A stretch of DNA of 52,038 bases from Victivallales bacterium (GTDB taxonomy: Bacteria; Verrucomicrobiota; Lentisphaeria; Oligosphaerales; Oligosphaeraceae), in assembly GCA_017450525.1 (NCBI GenBank), contig JAFSTJ010000148.1, positions 1 through 52,038 on the forward strand, given 5' to 3'. Positions 40,544 to 51,177 of the stretch are shown here, piece after piece (the stretch's first letter is position 1; each line of letters starts with the position of its first letter). The notes under the pieces are model-generated. The model worked only from the letters and a program-made list of their open reading frames with translations. It was not told the DNA's origin and made no database searches. A program made the position numbers and the translations under genes.

Positions 40544-43495
40544 ATGAACAGATTAGTTATTGGCATTGCATTTCTTTTGTCTGGCGTTCTGCTGGCACAG
40601 AACTTAATCAAGGATCCTGAGTTCGACACGGGTAAATTCGTTGACTGCCAGTTCACCTCCAACAAGGGGACGATGAAAGCAGAGATTGTCACGGAGGACG
40701 GCAACTGGAACAAGTGCCTCCGTATAGAGAAGATCGCCCAGCATGTTGACCCAAAGACAGGGAAGAAAGGCGACCATATAGCTGTCACATTCGGCAATGA
40801 CGGAAAGGATGGAGGCAAGCATCCTGGCTTCACGGTAAAGCCCCACACGGTATATGAATTCCAGTTTGAACTTAAAGGAAACGTGGTGCCCATCATACGA
40901 CATGTTGAATGGGATGGGGATGACTACTGGAAGAACATGGGAGATACGCCTAAGGCAAACATACCGAAGAAGCCCGTCGTCTCCGATGAATGGCAAATTG
41001 TGAAGGGCACGTTCAGAATCGGTCCCAAGGCTAAATATGCTGGATTGCAGCTGTTTATTTGGGGAGTCGAAAAATGGAATAACGTAAAGCCCGTCGGCTC
41101 ATATTTCATGGTGGACAAGGTACAGATACGCCAGCAGGCGGCTCTGCTGCCTGAAGCTAAGACGGACAATGGCAGCGTCAAGGAGAAGCAAGTCGATACT
41201 CCATGCATAATTCCTGGAGAAACCTACAATGGCTTCACGAAACTCAGGACAAAGGATCCAGCTCAGGCTGACACCAGTTACACCTACCAGTTCAAAGACG
41301 GAAAAGTGCTGCTCACGGTCCGCTGCAATGAGCCATTCATGGACAAGTTGAAGGCCAACATCAAGGACGATAACGGCAGCGTGTGGAAGGACGACTGCGT
41401 GGAGATTTTCTTCAATTCCAAAGTCAGCGGAAGAAAACTGAACCAGTTTGTGGTAAGCGCGGGCGGCGGGCGCTGGATGGGAAGAGGCAACGCGGAGAAT
41501 GTCGCGGAATATTCCTCCTGGAAGGCTAGCGTCGCACAGGAGAAGGACGCCTGGATTATCAATGCGGAAATACCACTCAGTTTATTGGGATGGAATGAGC
41601 CTCCCAAGGCAGACGAGGCATTGCGCGTGCTTATCGGGCGCAACCGCACACCTGTAAAAGAAACCACCTCCTCCACATTCACGAAGGACGGCTTCCACGA
41701 AATCGATGACTGGGCGTATCTCTTCCCCAATGGCGCAAAGGTCTGGGGCGAAGCGCAGAAACCGCTTCTTCTTGCCAAGGCAAAGAAGTTTGACAAGATT
41801 GTCAAGGAAATCAACGAATGGAAACCCTCTGACAAGCCAGCCGAGAATCTGGCGAAAGTCAATTACTTCAAGGACAAGATGCTTGCGGAGGAACTGGCAG
41901 GACGCAAGTTCGTGCTTACGCATAACCCCATCACTACCGATACGCAGATTCCATTTTTGCCAGAAACGCTGGCGAACCCGCCTGATTCCATCTCCGACAG
42001 GGCGGCTGGAAACGAATTGCACTGCATGGCTCTGGCAATCACAAACTTGACCGAGCAGGTGGAGGAATACAGAATTGTCCTTAGCGCAATAAACGAGGAA
42101 ACCTCCGAGAAATGGGTGCTGGAGACCAAGGACGGCAAAAGTTATCCACCTGAAAAAATCACCATGTTCAGAGCGATTCGCGTTAAGGACGGCGAAGAAG
42201 CCTCCCATGGCCGCCGTTATGATCCGCTGGTGCCAATGGACGTGTCACAGACAGTTGTGGTGCCGCCTCGTGAATCGGCGCCCATATTCGTTCAGTTCGA
42301 CACCACGGATGTCGCGCCTGGGTTGTACCAGGGTGTTGTGCGCGTGATTCCATTAGGCGAAGAGGGAACTCTTCAAAAGAAGAATCCAAGTTATAGGGAT
42401 ATACCCTTCTCCTTTGAAGTGCTGCCCTTCCAACTTTCCAAGAAGCAGGGTGTTCGCCACTTCATGTACCAGGAGGCACGCAACAAGGAGGACTTCAAGA
42501 TAATGATTGATGCTGGCGTGAATGTATTCCAGATCAATACCTGGACGGCCTCCTTCAAGTTCGCCGATGATGGTTCCATTATCGCAAAGGACACCAAAAA
42601 TATGGAAGCGAAAATCAAGGACTACATGGCGTGGGCGAAGGAATATGGCGTGGAGGACAGGCTTGAGATATGCCTCCACTATGCCGTCTATTATCATTAT
42701 ATTGAGCGCTTCACCAATAACAGGTTCAAGCCATTCACACCAGCCTGGGAAAAGGCCTGGGTGAATTGCATATTGGAGTTGGACGCGGTCCGCGAGAAGT
42801 GCGGATTCCCCAACGACAAGTGGATATATGAAATCGAGGACGAGCCAAAGGAGTCCCGTTTCCCAATATTTACCAGAGCCTTGGAACTTGCCTGCAAGGC
42901 AAAGCCAAGCCTCAGGTTCATGATTACACTTGGCGCACATGAAGTATCCTGCGAAACACTTATGAAGTTGGTGCCGTACGTACATGAGTGGTGCTTCTGG
43001 AACATACGCTTCTTCCTGCAGAAAGAAATGAAACCCCTGCTTGCCAGGTTGCGCAAGGAGAACAAGATAATCTCCACATACACCTGCAACACTAGTATGC
43101 GCTCCAGCCTGCAACTCTACTACCGTCAAGTGCCATGGACCGTGCCATATTTCAATCTGGATTCACACAACTTTTACGAGCATTCCTCCCACAAGTACAG
43201 GACCCGCTCATGGCGCGAGGCTACTTGCGGCGAGGTCGTCATATACTCCAATGGCCATCCTGTCACGACAATCCGCAACGAATGCCTGAAGTCAGGCCTC
43301 ATTGACCTGAAATACCTTGCCGTGCTGAAACAATGCCAGGAGAAGGTGGGCAAGGACAGCGAACTTGGCAAGAAAATCGGCACTTTCATTGAAAAGACAA
43401 CTTATGCCGTAATTATGAATCCTCCTGAAGATCCTCTTCATTTCGAGAAGATTCGCAAGGAAATGATAAATCTTATTCTGGAGGCACAGAAATGA
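40544..43495 (+). CDS. Large secreted CBM4/9-like + CBM9-like multidomain protein with an uncharacterised, possibly catalytic, C-terminal half
   Basis: Signal peptide MNRLVIGIAFLLSGVLLAQ. NLIKDPEFDTG ... YFMVDKVQI resembles a CBM_4_9-type sandwich. DDCVEIFFNS ... WIINAEIPLSLLGW ... LRVLIGRN resembles CBM9 and is paralogous to the segment in 9456..13346. Confidence 0.8.
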   Translation: MNRLVIGIAFLLSGVLLAQNLIKDPEFDTGKFVDCQFTSNKGTMKAEIVTEDGNWNKCLRIEKIAQHVDPKTGKKGDHIAVTFGNDGKDGGKHPGFTVKPHTVYEFQFELKGNVVPIIRHVEWDGDDYWKNMGDTPKANIPKKPVVSDEWQIVKGTFRIGPKAKYAGLQLFIWGVEKWNNVKPVGSYFMVDKVQIRQQAALLPEAKTDNGSVKEKQVDTPCIIPGETYNGFTKLRTKDPAQADTSYTYQFKDGKVLLTVRCNEPFMDKLKANIKDDNGSVWKDDCVEIFFNSKVSGRKLNQFVVSAGGGRWMGRGNAENVAEYSSWKASVAQEKDAWIINAEIPLSLLGWNEPPKADEALRVLIGRNRTPVKETTSSTFTKDGFHEIDDWAYLFPNGAKVWGEAQKPLLLAKAKKFDKIVKEINEWKPSDKPAENLAKVNYFKDKMLAEELAGRKFVLTHNPITTDTQIPFLPETLANPPDSISDRAAGNELHCMALAITNLTEQVEEYRIVLSAINEETSEKWVLETKDGKSYPPEKITMFRAIRVKDGEEASHGRRYDPLVPMDVSQTVVVPPRESAPIFVQFDTTDVAPGLYQGVVRVIPLGEEGTLQKKNPSYRDIPFSFEVLPFQLSKKQGVRHFMYQEARNKEDFKIMIDAGVNVFQINTWTASFKFADDGSIIAKDTKNMEAKIKDYMAWAKEYGVEDRLEICLHYAVYYHYIERFTNNRFKPFTPAWEKAWVNCILELDAVREKCGFPNDKWIYEIEDEPKESRFPIFTRALELACKAKPSLRFMITLGAHEVSCETLMKLVPYVHEWCFWNIRFFLQKEMKPLLARLRKENKIISTYTCNTSMRSSLQLYYRQVPWTVPYFNLDSHNFYEHSSHKYRTRSWREATCGEVVIYSNGHPVTTIRNECLKSGLIDLKYLAVLKQCQEKVGKDSELGKKIGTFIEKTTYAVIMNPPEDPLHFEKIRKEMINLILEAQK

Positions 43496-44496
43496 GAAGT
43501 TCAAGCGTACCGCAATTTGAGACACCTTCTTTTATAAAAAAGCACCCAGCCAATCCTTTGCTGAAGGCGGACATGATACCATACCCGTCCGTGCTCACAT
43601 TCAATGCTGGCATTACCAAATACAATGGCAAGTATGTGATGGTTTTCCGCAATGACTACAACATCAGTCCAGAGACAATATATCAGAGGAGTGGGGACAT
43701 CAACCTGGGTCTCGCCACCAGCGATGACGGCATTAATTGGAGCGTGGCTCCTAAGCCATGTTGGGAAATGCACACCGATGAAATAATACGCATTTATGAC
43801 CCGCGCCTGACAGTAATCGAGGGCAAATGCTATGTTTGCTTTGCAATGGATACATTCCATGGTCTGCGCGGCGGCGTAGCGGTGACAGAGGACTTCGACA
43901 AGTTCGAGGTGCTGTCCCTCTCCGCTCCTGACAACCGCAACATGGTGCTTTTCCCCGAAAAGATTAACGGCAGGTTCCTGCGCCTTGAAAGGCCGCTTCC
44001 GGTATATAGCAGAGGTGTAAATCAGAAAGAGTCCTTTGACCTTTGGGGCTCTTTCTCGCCAGACTGCCGCTACTGGGGTGATACAGCGCTGGTGCTCGGT
44101 GCGGAAAAGGTACCGTATGCCAACAGCAAGATTGGTCCTGGCGCCCCGCCAATCAAGACCAAGGACGGCTGGCTGTGTACAATTCACGCAGTGTATAAAG
44201 TTGATTCGGATTTGCCTTGCTGGCATCGCGACTGGCGCAAAGTGTACATGGGCGGCCTGATGCTGCTGGACCTGGAAGACCCCACCAAGATACTCAGCCT
44301 GGCTCAGAAACCACTTCTGGTGCCCGAGGAGCAATACGAAACACACGGCTTTCGTGGCAGCGTGATATTCCCTGGCGGAATGATACTTGAGGATACAGGC
44401 GAAGTCAAGATTTATTATGGCTCAGCCGATACCGTGGAATGCCTTGCCACCGCAGATGTGGACGATCTCGTTAGATTCGCCAAGAACGAGATCTGA
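43492..44496 (+). CDS. GH130-family glycoside phosphorylase/hydrolase (beta-mannoside type)
   Basis: NPLLKADMIPYPSVLTFNAGITKYNGKYVMVFRND ... LATSDDGINW ... IYDPRLTVIEGKCYVCFA ... DNRNMVLFPEKINGRFLRLERP ... IYYGSADT. The ATG overlaps the upstream stop (ATGA). Confidence 0.85.
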   Translation: MRSSSVPQFETPSFIKKHPANPLLKADMIPYPSVLTFNAGITKYNGKYVMVFRNDYNISPETIYQRSGDINLGLATSDDGINWSVAPKPCWEMHTDEIIRIYDPRLTVIEGKCYVCFAMDTFHGLRGGVAVTEDFDKFEVLSLSAPDNRNMVLFPEKINGRFLRLERPLPVYSRGVNQKESFDLWGSFSPDCRYWGDTALVLGAEKVPYANSKIGPGAPPIKTKDGWLCTIHAVYKVDSDLPCWHRDWRKVYMGGLMLLDLEDPTKILSLAQKPLLVPEEQYETHGFRGSVIFPGGMILEDTGEVKIYYGSADTVECLATADVDDLVRFAKNEI

Positions 44497-44515
44497 TTTT
44501 GTGGAGTGCGCGTTT

Positions 44516-44542
44516 ATGTGGGCGCCGAGGCGGCGCCCACAT
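44516..44542. repeat. REP-like GC hairpin with a CCGAGGCGG core
   Basis: atgtgggcgcc(gaggc)ggcgcccacat, a perfect 11-bp stem with no U-tract after it. The same core (or its complement CCGCCTCGG) occurs at 2031..2040, 2058..2066 and 16913..16921. Confidence 0.65.
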
Positions 44543-44716
44543 ACTTGCACCTACGAATTTGCAATTATACGTATTTGTCTTAAATTATGCACTAGTTTTT
44601 GATGGCAGGCTTTGTGAATGCCTGTTAATCACGTTGCAGGTCCTTTAATGGAATATCTTAGCATTCAAAAATTAAACTAGCCTGCAATTTCTTACGATTT
44701 TCTGGAATTGAATCAG

Positions 44717-45304
44717 ATGGCATTGATCGCTGTAACTGGCGGCATTGGCGCTGGAAAGACCACGCTGATGCATAAATTCCTTGCACTTGGCCAATCAACT
44801 GCTGACGCTGACGACATTGCACACAATCTGTACGAACCCGGGCGAGAGGCATATCTCCGTATGGTCGAACGTTGGGGCAAAGGCATATTGCTGGATGATG
44901 GGCGCATATCTAGGTCAGTTGTTGCGGGCATTGTTTTCACCAGGCATTCTGAACTGGAATGGCTGAATGCATTGCTCCATCCGTTGGCCCGCAGGGAGAT
45001 ACGTGAGCTTTCCCGCGGGAAAACACTGTTCTGCGCCATACCGCTTTTGTATGAGGGCGGCTGGGAGGAGGACTGCGATGCCGTGGTGGCCGTATGGTGC
45101 CCGAAAGATGTGCAGTATTCTCGGTTGCGGCAACGCGGGTGGGATGACAATGAAATCAGAAGACGTCTGGAAAGTCAGATTTCCATGGATGATAAAATGG
45201 TCAGGGCTGATTACGCCATAATTACAGATTGCGATTGGGATTGCCTTGAAAGGCAATGCAGGTATTTGCTGAATGACCTTGGCATAACAGTTTCCAGTTG
45301 TTGA
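44717..45304 (+). CDS. coaE: Dephospho-CoA kinase
   Basis: ORF 44708..45304 starts with TTG. ATG 44717 gives MALIAVTGGIGAGKTT (P-loop). The length and GILLDDGRISR ... LLHPL pattern are typical of CoaE. Confidence 0.85.
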   Translation: MALIAVTGGIGAGKTTLMHKFLALGQSTADADDIAHNLYEPGREAYLRMVERWGKGILLDDGRISRSVVAGIVFTRHSELEWLNALLHPLARREIRELSRGKTLFCAIPLLYEGGWEEDCDAVVAVWCPKDVQYSRLRQRGWDDNEIRRRLESQISMDDKMVRADYAIITDCDWDCLERQCRYLLNDLGITVSSC

Positions 45305-45406
45305 AACAGTTCCTTTAGCATTAACTTTTTCCACATAATGGCGACATTTCAATGTCGCGTCAGAGGCAGAAGCCTCATCATAGATATAAAGCAATAAATA
45401 AATCAG

Positions 45407-47377
45407 GTGAAAATGAGTTACGATGATGACACATCTTTGAGCAGTGCACCCCAAAACGACGGTGAGGCTCCAATCAAGAGACGCAGGGGGAGGCCGCCGA
45501 AGGCAAGTGCCGCCCAGTCTCAGGAAGCAGGGGCGGTGGTCCCACCACCCGCACCTGAACCAGTAGCGCCGCCAGCTGACAATTTTGAGCAGCCGCCTCA
45601 AAGAAATGAATATGTGCCTCGCTTTTTAACGAGGCGAGACTTGCAGCCCCGAACCATGACCGAGGCACCCGAGGGCTATGAAAACAAGTCTTATCCCAGA
45701 CCTAATGTACAGCCAAGTTTCCAATCCACTGTTCAGCCACGCGATACAACAGCCCAGGATGGCATGGGATATCGCAACGCAGGCTCAGCATATCGCCAGC
45801 AGAACAACATGCGCAATCCGATGTACCGCAATCAAGGTGGCAACACTGGTCTGCGTCGTCCTGCCAATGGCAATATGATGCGCAGTTCCAATATGCGTCA
45901 AACAGGCGATGACGGCGAACTTTCGGAAAACGGCGGGCGCAACAAGATGGCAATGCAGCGCAACCAGAGGAATCGCCGTCGCACGAGCAGAGGCCCAATC
46001 GACTACACGAACAGAAATCCCCGAATTGATGACATCAGGGAGATGGAGCGCTTCAGTGAAAGCGAGAGGCAGCGCATGGAGGAATCTGGCATTGCCGAAC
46101 CAAGGCGCATCAAGTTCGAGGATATGCAGCATCTGGGCAAGGATGACATGCTTGCACTAGGCCAGAAGCTCAACATGGAGAATGTGGAAACCGCCACCCG
46201 TCTGGAAATATTGCTTCATGCGGCCCGTCATTATGGCGCGGACCCGAGCATTTACATCGAAGTGCGCGGCGTGTTGCAGATACTTGGGGATGGCTTTGGC
46301 TTCCTGCGCGGTGTTCGCAAGAGCTATACCATCGACTGCGAGGACATATTCGTAAGCCCAGCCATGATCAAGAAATATTTGCTGAAGACAGGCGATACCA
46401 TCGTAGGCAGAATGAGGCAGCCCACAATTGTGGAGCAGTGTTTCTCGCTGATGAGCATTGAGACCATCAATGGCGATGATCCTGAACGCAAGAAGCATAT
46501 CACCCCCTTTGAGCAGTTGACGCCGTATTTCCCCACAAAACGCCTCATTTTGGAGCATGACCCTGATGAAATGTCCACCCGTATAATCGATATGGTTACG
46601 CCTATTGGACGTGGACAGCGCGGTCTAATCGTGGCTGGTCCACGTACAGGCAAGACCGTTATAATGCAGAAGATAGCCAATAGCATTATTGCCAACGATC
46701 CTGACGTGGAAGTCATAATCATGCTGATTGACGAGCGTCCCGAGGAAGTTACGGACATGAAGCGCGAGGTCAAGGCAGAAGTGGTGAGTTCCACCTTTGA
46801 TGAGACACCTGAAAAGCATGTCCAGGTTGCGGAGATGGTGATAGAGAAGGCTAAGCGCTTGGTTGAGCATGGAAAGCATGTTCTGATCATGCTGGATTCC
46901 ATAACTAGGCTTGCCAGGGCGTACAATACCTTGCAGCCCCAGAGTGGGCGCATCCTGTCTGGTGGTGTGGATTCAAATGCTCTTCACAAGCCGAAGCGCT
47001 TCTTCGGTGCGGCACGCAACATCGAAAACGGCGGCAGCCTCACCATCATTGCAACTGCGCTGGTGGATACTGGCAGCAAGATGGACGAGGTTATCTTTGA
47101 GGAATTCAAGGGCACAGGAAACATGGAACTGCGTCTGGATCATCATCTGGTGGACAAGAGACTGTATCCTGCCATCGATGTGGAGGCCAGCGGCACCAGA
47201 CGAGAGGAACTTCTGGTGCACGAGGACGAGCTGAAGAGGCTTTGGGCATTGCGTCGCGCATTCTGTGCACTTACAAGCACGGAGGCCATGGACGAGCTGC
47301 TTAAGCGCCTTAAGAAATTCAAGTCCAACATTGAATTCCTGCTGTCGCTCAAGATGCCTAATGAAAATGAGGAGTAA
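45407..47377 (+). CDS. rho: Transcription termination factor Rho with a low-complexity N-terminal extension of about 230 aa
   Basis: [16 protein letters not shown] (RNA-binding domain), Walker [67 protein letters not shown]. Start is GTG 45407 or ATG 45413 (AGGTGA just upstream). Confidence 0.92.
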   Translation: MKMSYDDDTSLSSAPQNDGEAPIKRRRGRPPKASAAQSQEAGAVVPPPAPEPVAPPADNFEQPPQRNEYVPRFLTRRDLQPRTMTEAPEGYENKSYPRPNVQPSFQSTVQPRDTTAQDGMGYRNAGSAYRQQNNMRNPMYRNQGGNTGLRRPANGNMMRSSNMRQTGDDGELSENGGRNKMAMQRNQRNRRRTSRGPIDYTNRNPRIDDIREMERFSESERQRMEESGIAEPRRIKFEDMQHLGKDDMLALGQKLNMENVETATRLEILLHAARHYGADPSIYIEVRGVLQILGDGFGFLRGVRKSYTIDCEDIFVSPAMIKKYLLKTGDTIVGRMRQPTIVEQCFSLMSIETINGDDPERKKHITPFEQLTPYFPTKRLILEHDPDEMSTRIIDMVTPIGRGQRGLIVAGPRTGKTVIMQKIANSIIANDPDVEVIIMLIDERPEEVTDMKREVKAEVVSSTFDETPEKHVQVAEMVIEKAKRLVEHGKHVLIMLDSITRLARAYNTLQPQSGRILSGGVDSNALHKPKRFFGAARNIENGGSLTIIATALVDTGSKMDEVIFEEFKGTGNMELRLDHHLVDKRLYPAIDVEASGTRREELLVHEDELKRLWALRRAFCALTSTEAMDELLKRLKKFKSNIEFLLSLKMPNENEE

Positions 47378-47525
47378 GGGCAAAGTTTGTGCAAGCAGGA
47401 TTCCGCATAGATAGCAAGCCTGAAACGCTGCTGGCGCTTGACAGAAGAGGGCTTCTGGCAGGCGCCAGTGAAGGCGTGGAGGTTACCTTGCCCGCATCAG
47501 GAAGCTGCAAGGCAATATCAATGCA

Positions 47526-48266
47526 ATGGAAGATGCCTTGTCCAAGGACGGGCATTATGAAGTTGAGGGCATAGAGGTGCTTTCCAGAGACCGCATCAAA
47601 CCCTCCTTCTTTGAAAACGCCAATGCGCAATGCCTGGACTTATTTGGCTTTGCGGCGGACTGGGTGCCCGCCTTCTTCATAAATCCCAGTTTCTCCTACT
47701 TGTTTGGTGGCTGTTCGTTTTCATTTTTGCCTGATTTCTTTGCGATGTTCATTATCAGGCGTACTTTCAAGAACAGCCAGCGCTGGTTGTTCTATGGACG
47801 GGACGAACTCATGGCGCATGAAATGTGCCATGTGGCCCGCGCTCCTCTCATGTCCAATGCATACGAGGAAACCTTTGCATACTGCACATCGCAATCCTCT
47901 TTTAGAAAGTGTATCGGCGGTATTTTCCTAAGCCAGTGGGACAGTTTCCTGCTGCTGGGCTCCACATTTGTCCTGCTTCTTGCCCAGATATGCAATATCT
48001 TTTTAATGCAACTGCCAATGTGGATTTTCTGGCTGCTGCCGCCAATCGTGCTTGCCTGGCTTGTTCTGCGCTATTGGAAACTGCGCAGGCGCATGTCAAA
48101 GGCGCATTCCACATTGGAGACAAAATACGGCAAGAACGCAACGAAGGTGCTTTTCCGCTGCAGCGACGATGAGATAGATGCACTGGCAAATGGAACAATT
48201 CCAGATGCCTTGACTGCGCCAAATACGGCGCGGGCTATTGTACTGCAGCAATGGGAAATGCAGTAG
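47526..48266 (+). CDS. Hypothetical membrane protein with an HExxH motif (putative metallopeptidase)
   Basis: AHEMCHVARA (HExxH) is followed by hydrophobic helices (FLLLGSTFVLLLAQICNIFLM, MWIFWLLPPIVLAWLVL). No family recognised by eye. Confidence 0.55.
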   Translation: MEDALSKDGHYEVEGIEVLSRDRIKPSFFENANAQCLDLFGFAADWVPAFFINPSFSYLFGGCSFSFLPDFFAMFIIRRTFKNSQRWLFYGRDELMAHEMCHVARAPLMSNAYEETFAYCTSQSSFRKCIGGIFLSQWDSFLLLGSTFVLLLAQICNIFLMQLPMWIFWLLPPIVLAWLVLRYWKLRRRMSKAHSTLETKYGKNATKVLFRCSDDEIDALANGTIPDALTAPNTARAIVLQQWEMQ

Positions 48267-48320
48267 TGCTTTGCCGAATAACTCTGTTTCATAAGAGGAC
48301 ATTGTAAAAGACTGTGTGAC

Positions 48321-49475
48321 ATGCAGGAATGGAATGATTCATATTGCACACTGGCGGAGGTGAACGATGCAATTGCCGTAATCGCGGAATGCAGGATACC
48401 CGAGGGCCTTGCTGGTTGCCCATATCCTGCCTACTCGCCTGGCGGTCTATATGGCGAGCGCTGGTGGAGTCTTGACTATGCCTTGACAATGGAGGCGGTC
48501 AAGTGGCTTGATTTCGGAGAGGCGCTGGCATTCATAGACAATTTGGAGGGGATGCAAAAGGAGGATGGACGCATTCCTCTTTATAGTGATGACAATTACA
48601 GGCCATTCCCCTTCATACGCGAGCCAGTTGGCTCTTTGCCGAAATTCTTCCAAGTCGCATTTGACATAGCGGAGATGAGCGGTGATGCAAATGTGAAGCG
48701 AAAGGTGTTGGGCATTTTCCAACGGAATCTGGATTGGTGGTTCAAGAAACGCCTGGACAGTGGGACAGGCTTGATCACAGCGGTTTTCGAAGAGACGTTC
48801 ATACCGTTCACTCAGGGGTGGACGGGCTTGTATGCGCCAGTGGATACCAACGTGCAGGTGCTTGTCGGCTGCTGGAATGCGGCCTGTCTGGCAAAAGAAA
48901 TTGGTGCTTTAGACGCGGCAAATGTCCTTGGAGGCAAGGCGCATGAACTGGAGAAAGCCATTTTCAGTCATCTTTGGGATGAGGCGGAGGGCTGTTACAT
49001 GCCATACCTTGTGAAGGAAAAGCGGTTGCACAACTGCAAGATGGCATCCATGTTCCTGGGCTTTTATCTTCCAGACATGGGGCGGCACAAACGTCTTTTG
49101 GAGCATCTGCTGGATCCGAATGATTTCAATTGGGGCGCCATACCATTGACCACTGTCTCTAAAAAGGACCAAATCTTCCAGACCGTCGAGGGAAACTACA
49201 ATGGAAATCCTTCCTGGAGCGGCAGTGTTTGGGCGCTTTCAAACGATGCAGCCATAAAGGCGCTGAAGCATGCAGGTCTTGACAAATACGCAAAAGAACT
49301 TGCAACGGCAACGGTGAAGGCATTCCGCGGTAACTATGCGGAATTCCTACATCCCTTCACAGGGGATGGACATGGCGTGAAAAGATATGCTTGGACTGCC
49401 GCAATATTCTTGCGCATCCTGATTGAAGAACTCCATTTATTGGAGCCTGGTTCTATGAAATTACCTCTTAATTAA
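48321..49475 (+). CDS. Six-hairpin (alpha/alpha)6 glycoside hydrolase-like protein (GH63/GH37/MGH1-like)
   Basis: Pattern ERWWSLDYALTMEAV ... QKEDGRIPLY ... VDTNVQVL ... HLWDEAEGCY ... NGNPSWSGSVWALSND ... EFLHPFTGDGHG ... YAWTAAIFL follows the glucosidase/trehalase-type six-hairpin layout. No signal peptide. Confidence 0.6.
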   Translation: MQEWNDSYCTLAEVNDAIAVIAECRIPEGLAGCPYPAYSPGGLYGERWWSLDYALTMEAVKWLDFGEALAFIDNLEGMQKEDGRIPLYSDDNYRPFPFIREPVGSLPKFFQVAFDIAEMSGDANVKRKVLGIFQRNLDWWFKKRLDSGTGLITAVFEETFIPFTQGWTGLYAPVDTNVQVLVGCWNAACLAKEIGALDAANVLGGKAHELEKAIFSHLWDEAEGCYMPYLVKEKRLHNCKMASMFLGFYLPDMGRHKRLLEHLLDPNDFNWGAIPLTTVSKKDQIFQTVEGNYNGNPSWSGSVWALSNDAAIKALKHAGLDKYAKELATATVKAFRGNYAEFLHPFTGDGHGVKRYAWTAAIFLRILIEELHLLEPGSMKLPLN

Positions 49476-49493
49476 CATGGGAGATTAAATGCT

Positions 49494-50993
49494 ATGCTGA
49501 AACTGAATCTGAATACGTACAGGGACAAGGTTCTGGGGTGCTGGATGGGTAAGAACATCGGTGGCACACTAGGGGGTCCATTCGAGGGCAAGCGTGAAAT
49601 GAACAACGCCACCTTCTATGTGCAGAAGATGGATGGCAAACCCCTGCCCAATGATGATTTAGATTTGCAGTTGCTATGGCTTCGCGCCGCTGAGGAAAAG
49701 GGACTTCTGCGCCTGAATGAAAGGGTGCTTGCCGAGTACTGGTCCTACGAAAACATAGGACCTTGGAATGAATATGGCGTGTCGAAATGCAATATTGCCC
49801 GCGGTTTCATGCCGCCTCTTTCTGGTTCCTGCAACAATGACATCTGGAAGTGGAGCAACGGTGCCTGGATTCGCTCCGAAATCTGGGCATGCTTCTTCCC
49901 TGGAATGCCTGACCTTGCCTGCAAATACGCATACTACGATTCATGTATCGACCATTGTGGCGAAGGCATCTATGCTGAAATGTTCACCGCCTCCATGGAA
50001 TCAGCCGCATTCCTGCTGGACGATGTGCGCAGCGTCATTGAATTTGGCGTGGCACGCATTCCAGAAGACAGCCGTGTGGCGCGGGCGGTAAGGCTTGCGT
50101 GCGACTGCTATGACAAACACGTGCCATTTGCCGAGGCCCGGGAGAAGATAGTCCAGGACAGCGCAGATCTGGGCTGGTTCCAGGCCCCAGGCAACCTGGG
50201 CTTCACTACATTGGGGCTTTTGTACGGCGAAGGCGACTTTGGGAAAGCGGTCTGCCTTGCGGCGAATTGCGGCGATGACACGGATTGCACCGCAGGCACG
50301 GCTGGCGCCGTGATGGGCATTATGCTTGGATGTAGCAGCATTCCCGAAAAGTGGACCAAGCCTATCGGTGATTCCATTCAGACATGCTGCATTCTTCCAA
50401 ATGCGAATTGCCACCTTGGCGGTGACATTCCCCACACCGTCACAGAGTTGACCGAGCGCACAATCAGGCAGGCAAAACTCTATTCCATGAGCACCATCGC
50501 CGAGGCCGTCCAATTCACCGATGGTCCAACTGAAATACCCGAGGGATATGTGGAGAAGCAGAAGTCAAGTGATTTTGTCAGAAAAGAGATAATTTCTCGT
50601 CCTCCGTATAGGATGGGCTATGACTTGCCGTTCGGCGTGGTTTTCGTGCGCTTTGACCAGTGCCCCGAAGTAGAGCCTGGCAAGCCAATCACAATGTATT
50701 TCAGCATGAGTTACTCATTCTTCATCGAGACAATGGTAAGCATAAAGTTGGAATTGCCTGACGGATGGAAGGCCTCGCCATCGGATGAGTGCTGCATGGT
50801 CAACAAAGCGTGCCTTAGTGATCCCGCAACTGGAAGCCGTAAGGCAGAGTGCGCGTTCACCGTCATTCCTGGTGAATTCTCTGGAGCAATGTTCTACCTG
50901 AAAGCGACTATCACGCTCAGGGGACGCACCCTGCCTTATACGATAAGCATCCCGCTCCAGAAAAAGGGCAGTGCCGTCTTGGATTACAAGTAA
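49494..50993 (+). CDS. ADP-ribosylglycohydrolase-family protein with an extra C-terminal domain
   Basis: DKVLGCWMGKNIGGTLGGPFEG ... DDLDLQLLWL ... AANCGDDTDCTAGTAGAVMGIMLG: the N- and C-terminal metal-binding motifs of the ARH fold. About 150 additional C-terminal residues follow. Confidence 0.8.
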   Translation: MLKLNLNTYRDKVLGCWMGKNIGGTLGGPFEGKREMNNATFYVQKMDGKPLPNDDLDLQLLWLRAAEEKGLLRLNERVLAEYWSYENIGPWNEYGVSKCNIARGFMPPLSGSCNNDIWKWSNGAWIRSEIWACFFPGMPDLACKYAYYDSCIDHCGEGIYAEMFTASMESAAFLLDDVRSVIEFGVARIPEDSRVARAVRLACDCYDKHVPFAEAREKIVQDSADLGWFQAPGNLGFTTLGLLYGEGDFGKAVCLAANCGDDTDCTAGTAGAVMGIMLGCSSIPEKWTKPIGDSIQTCCILPNANCHLGGDIPHTVTELTERTIRQAKLYSMSTIAEAVQFTDGPTEIPEGYVEKQKSSDFVRKEIISRPPYRMGYDLPFGVVFVRFDQCPEVEPGKPITMYFSMSYSFFIETMVSIKLELPDGWKASPSDECCMVNKACLSDPATGSRKAECAFTVIPGEFSGAMFYLKATITLRGRTLPYTISIPLQKKGSAVLDYK

Positions 50994-51177
50994 CGAATGA
51001 AGAGGCATTTATTTATGGGGGCCTGCCATCCGCCGTCAGCGTTCCGCCATAGAAAAAACTGCTGAAACACTGTTTCTTCAAATTTCCAGTCATAAGCAAC
51101 AGGCGGCGATTGCACCAGTTGCATTTGTGATATCCGTGGAGGCAAAGTAAACCGCCTTCTTCAAAGCCAATTTCTTA

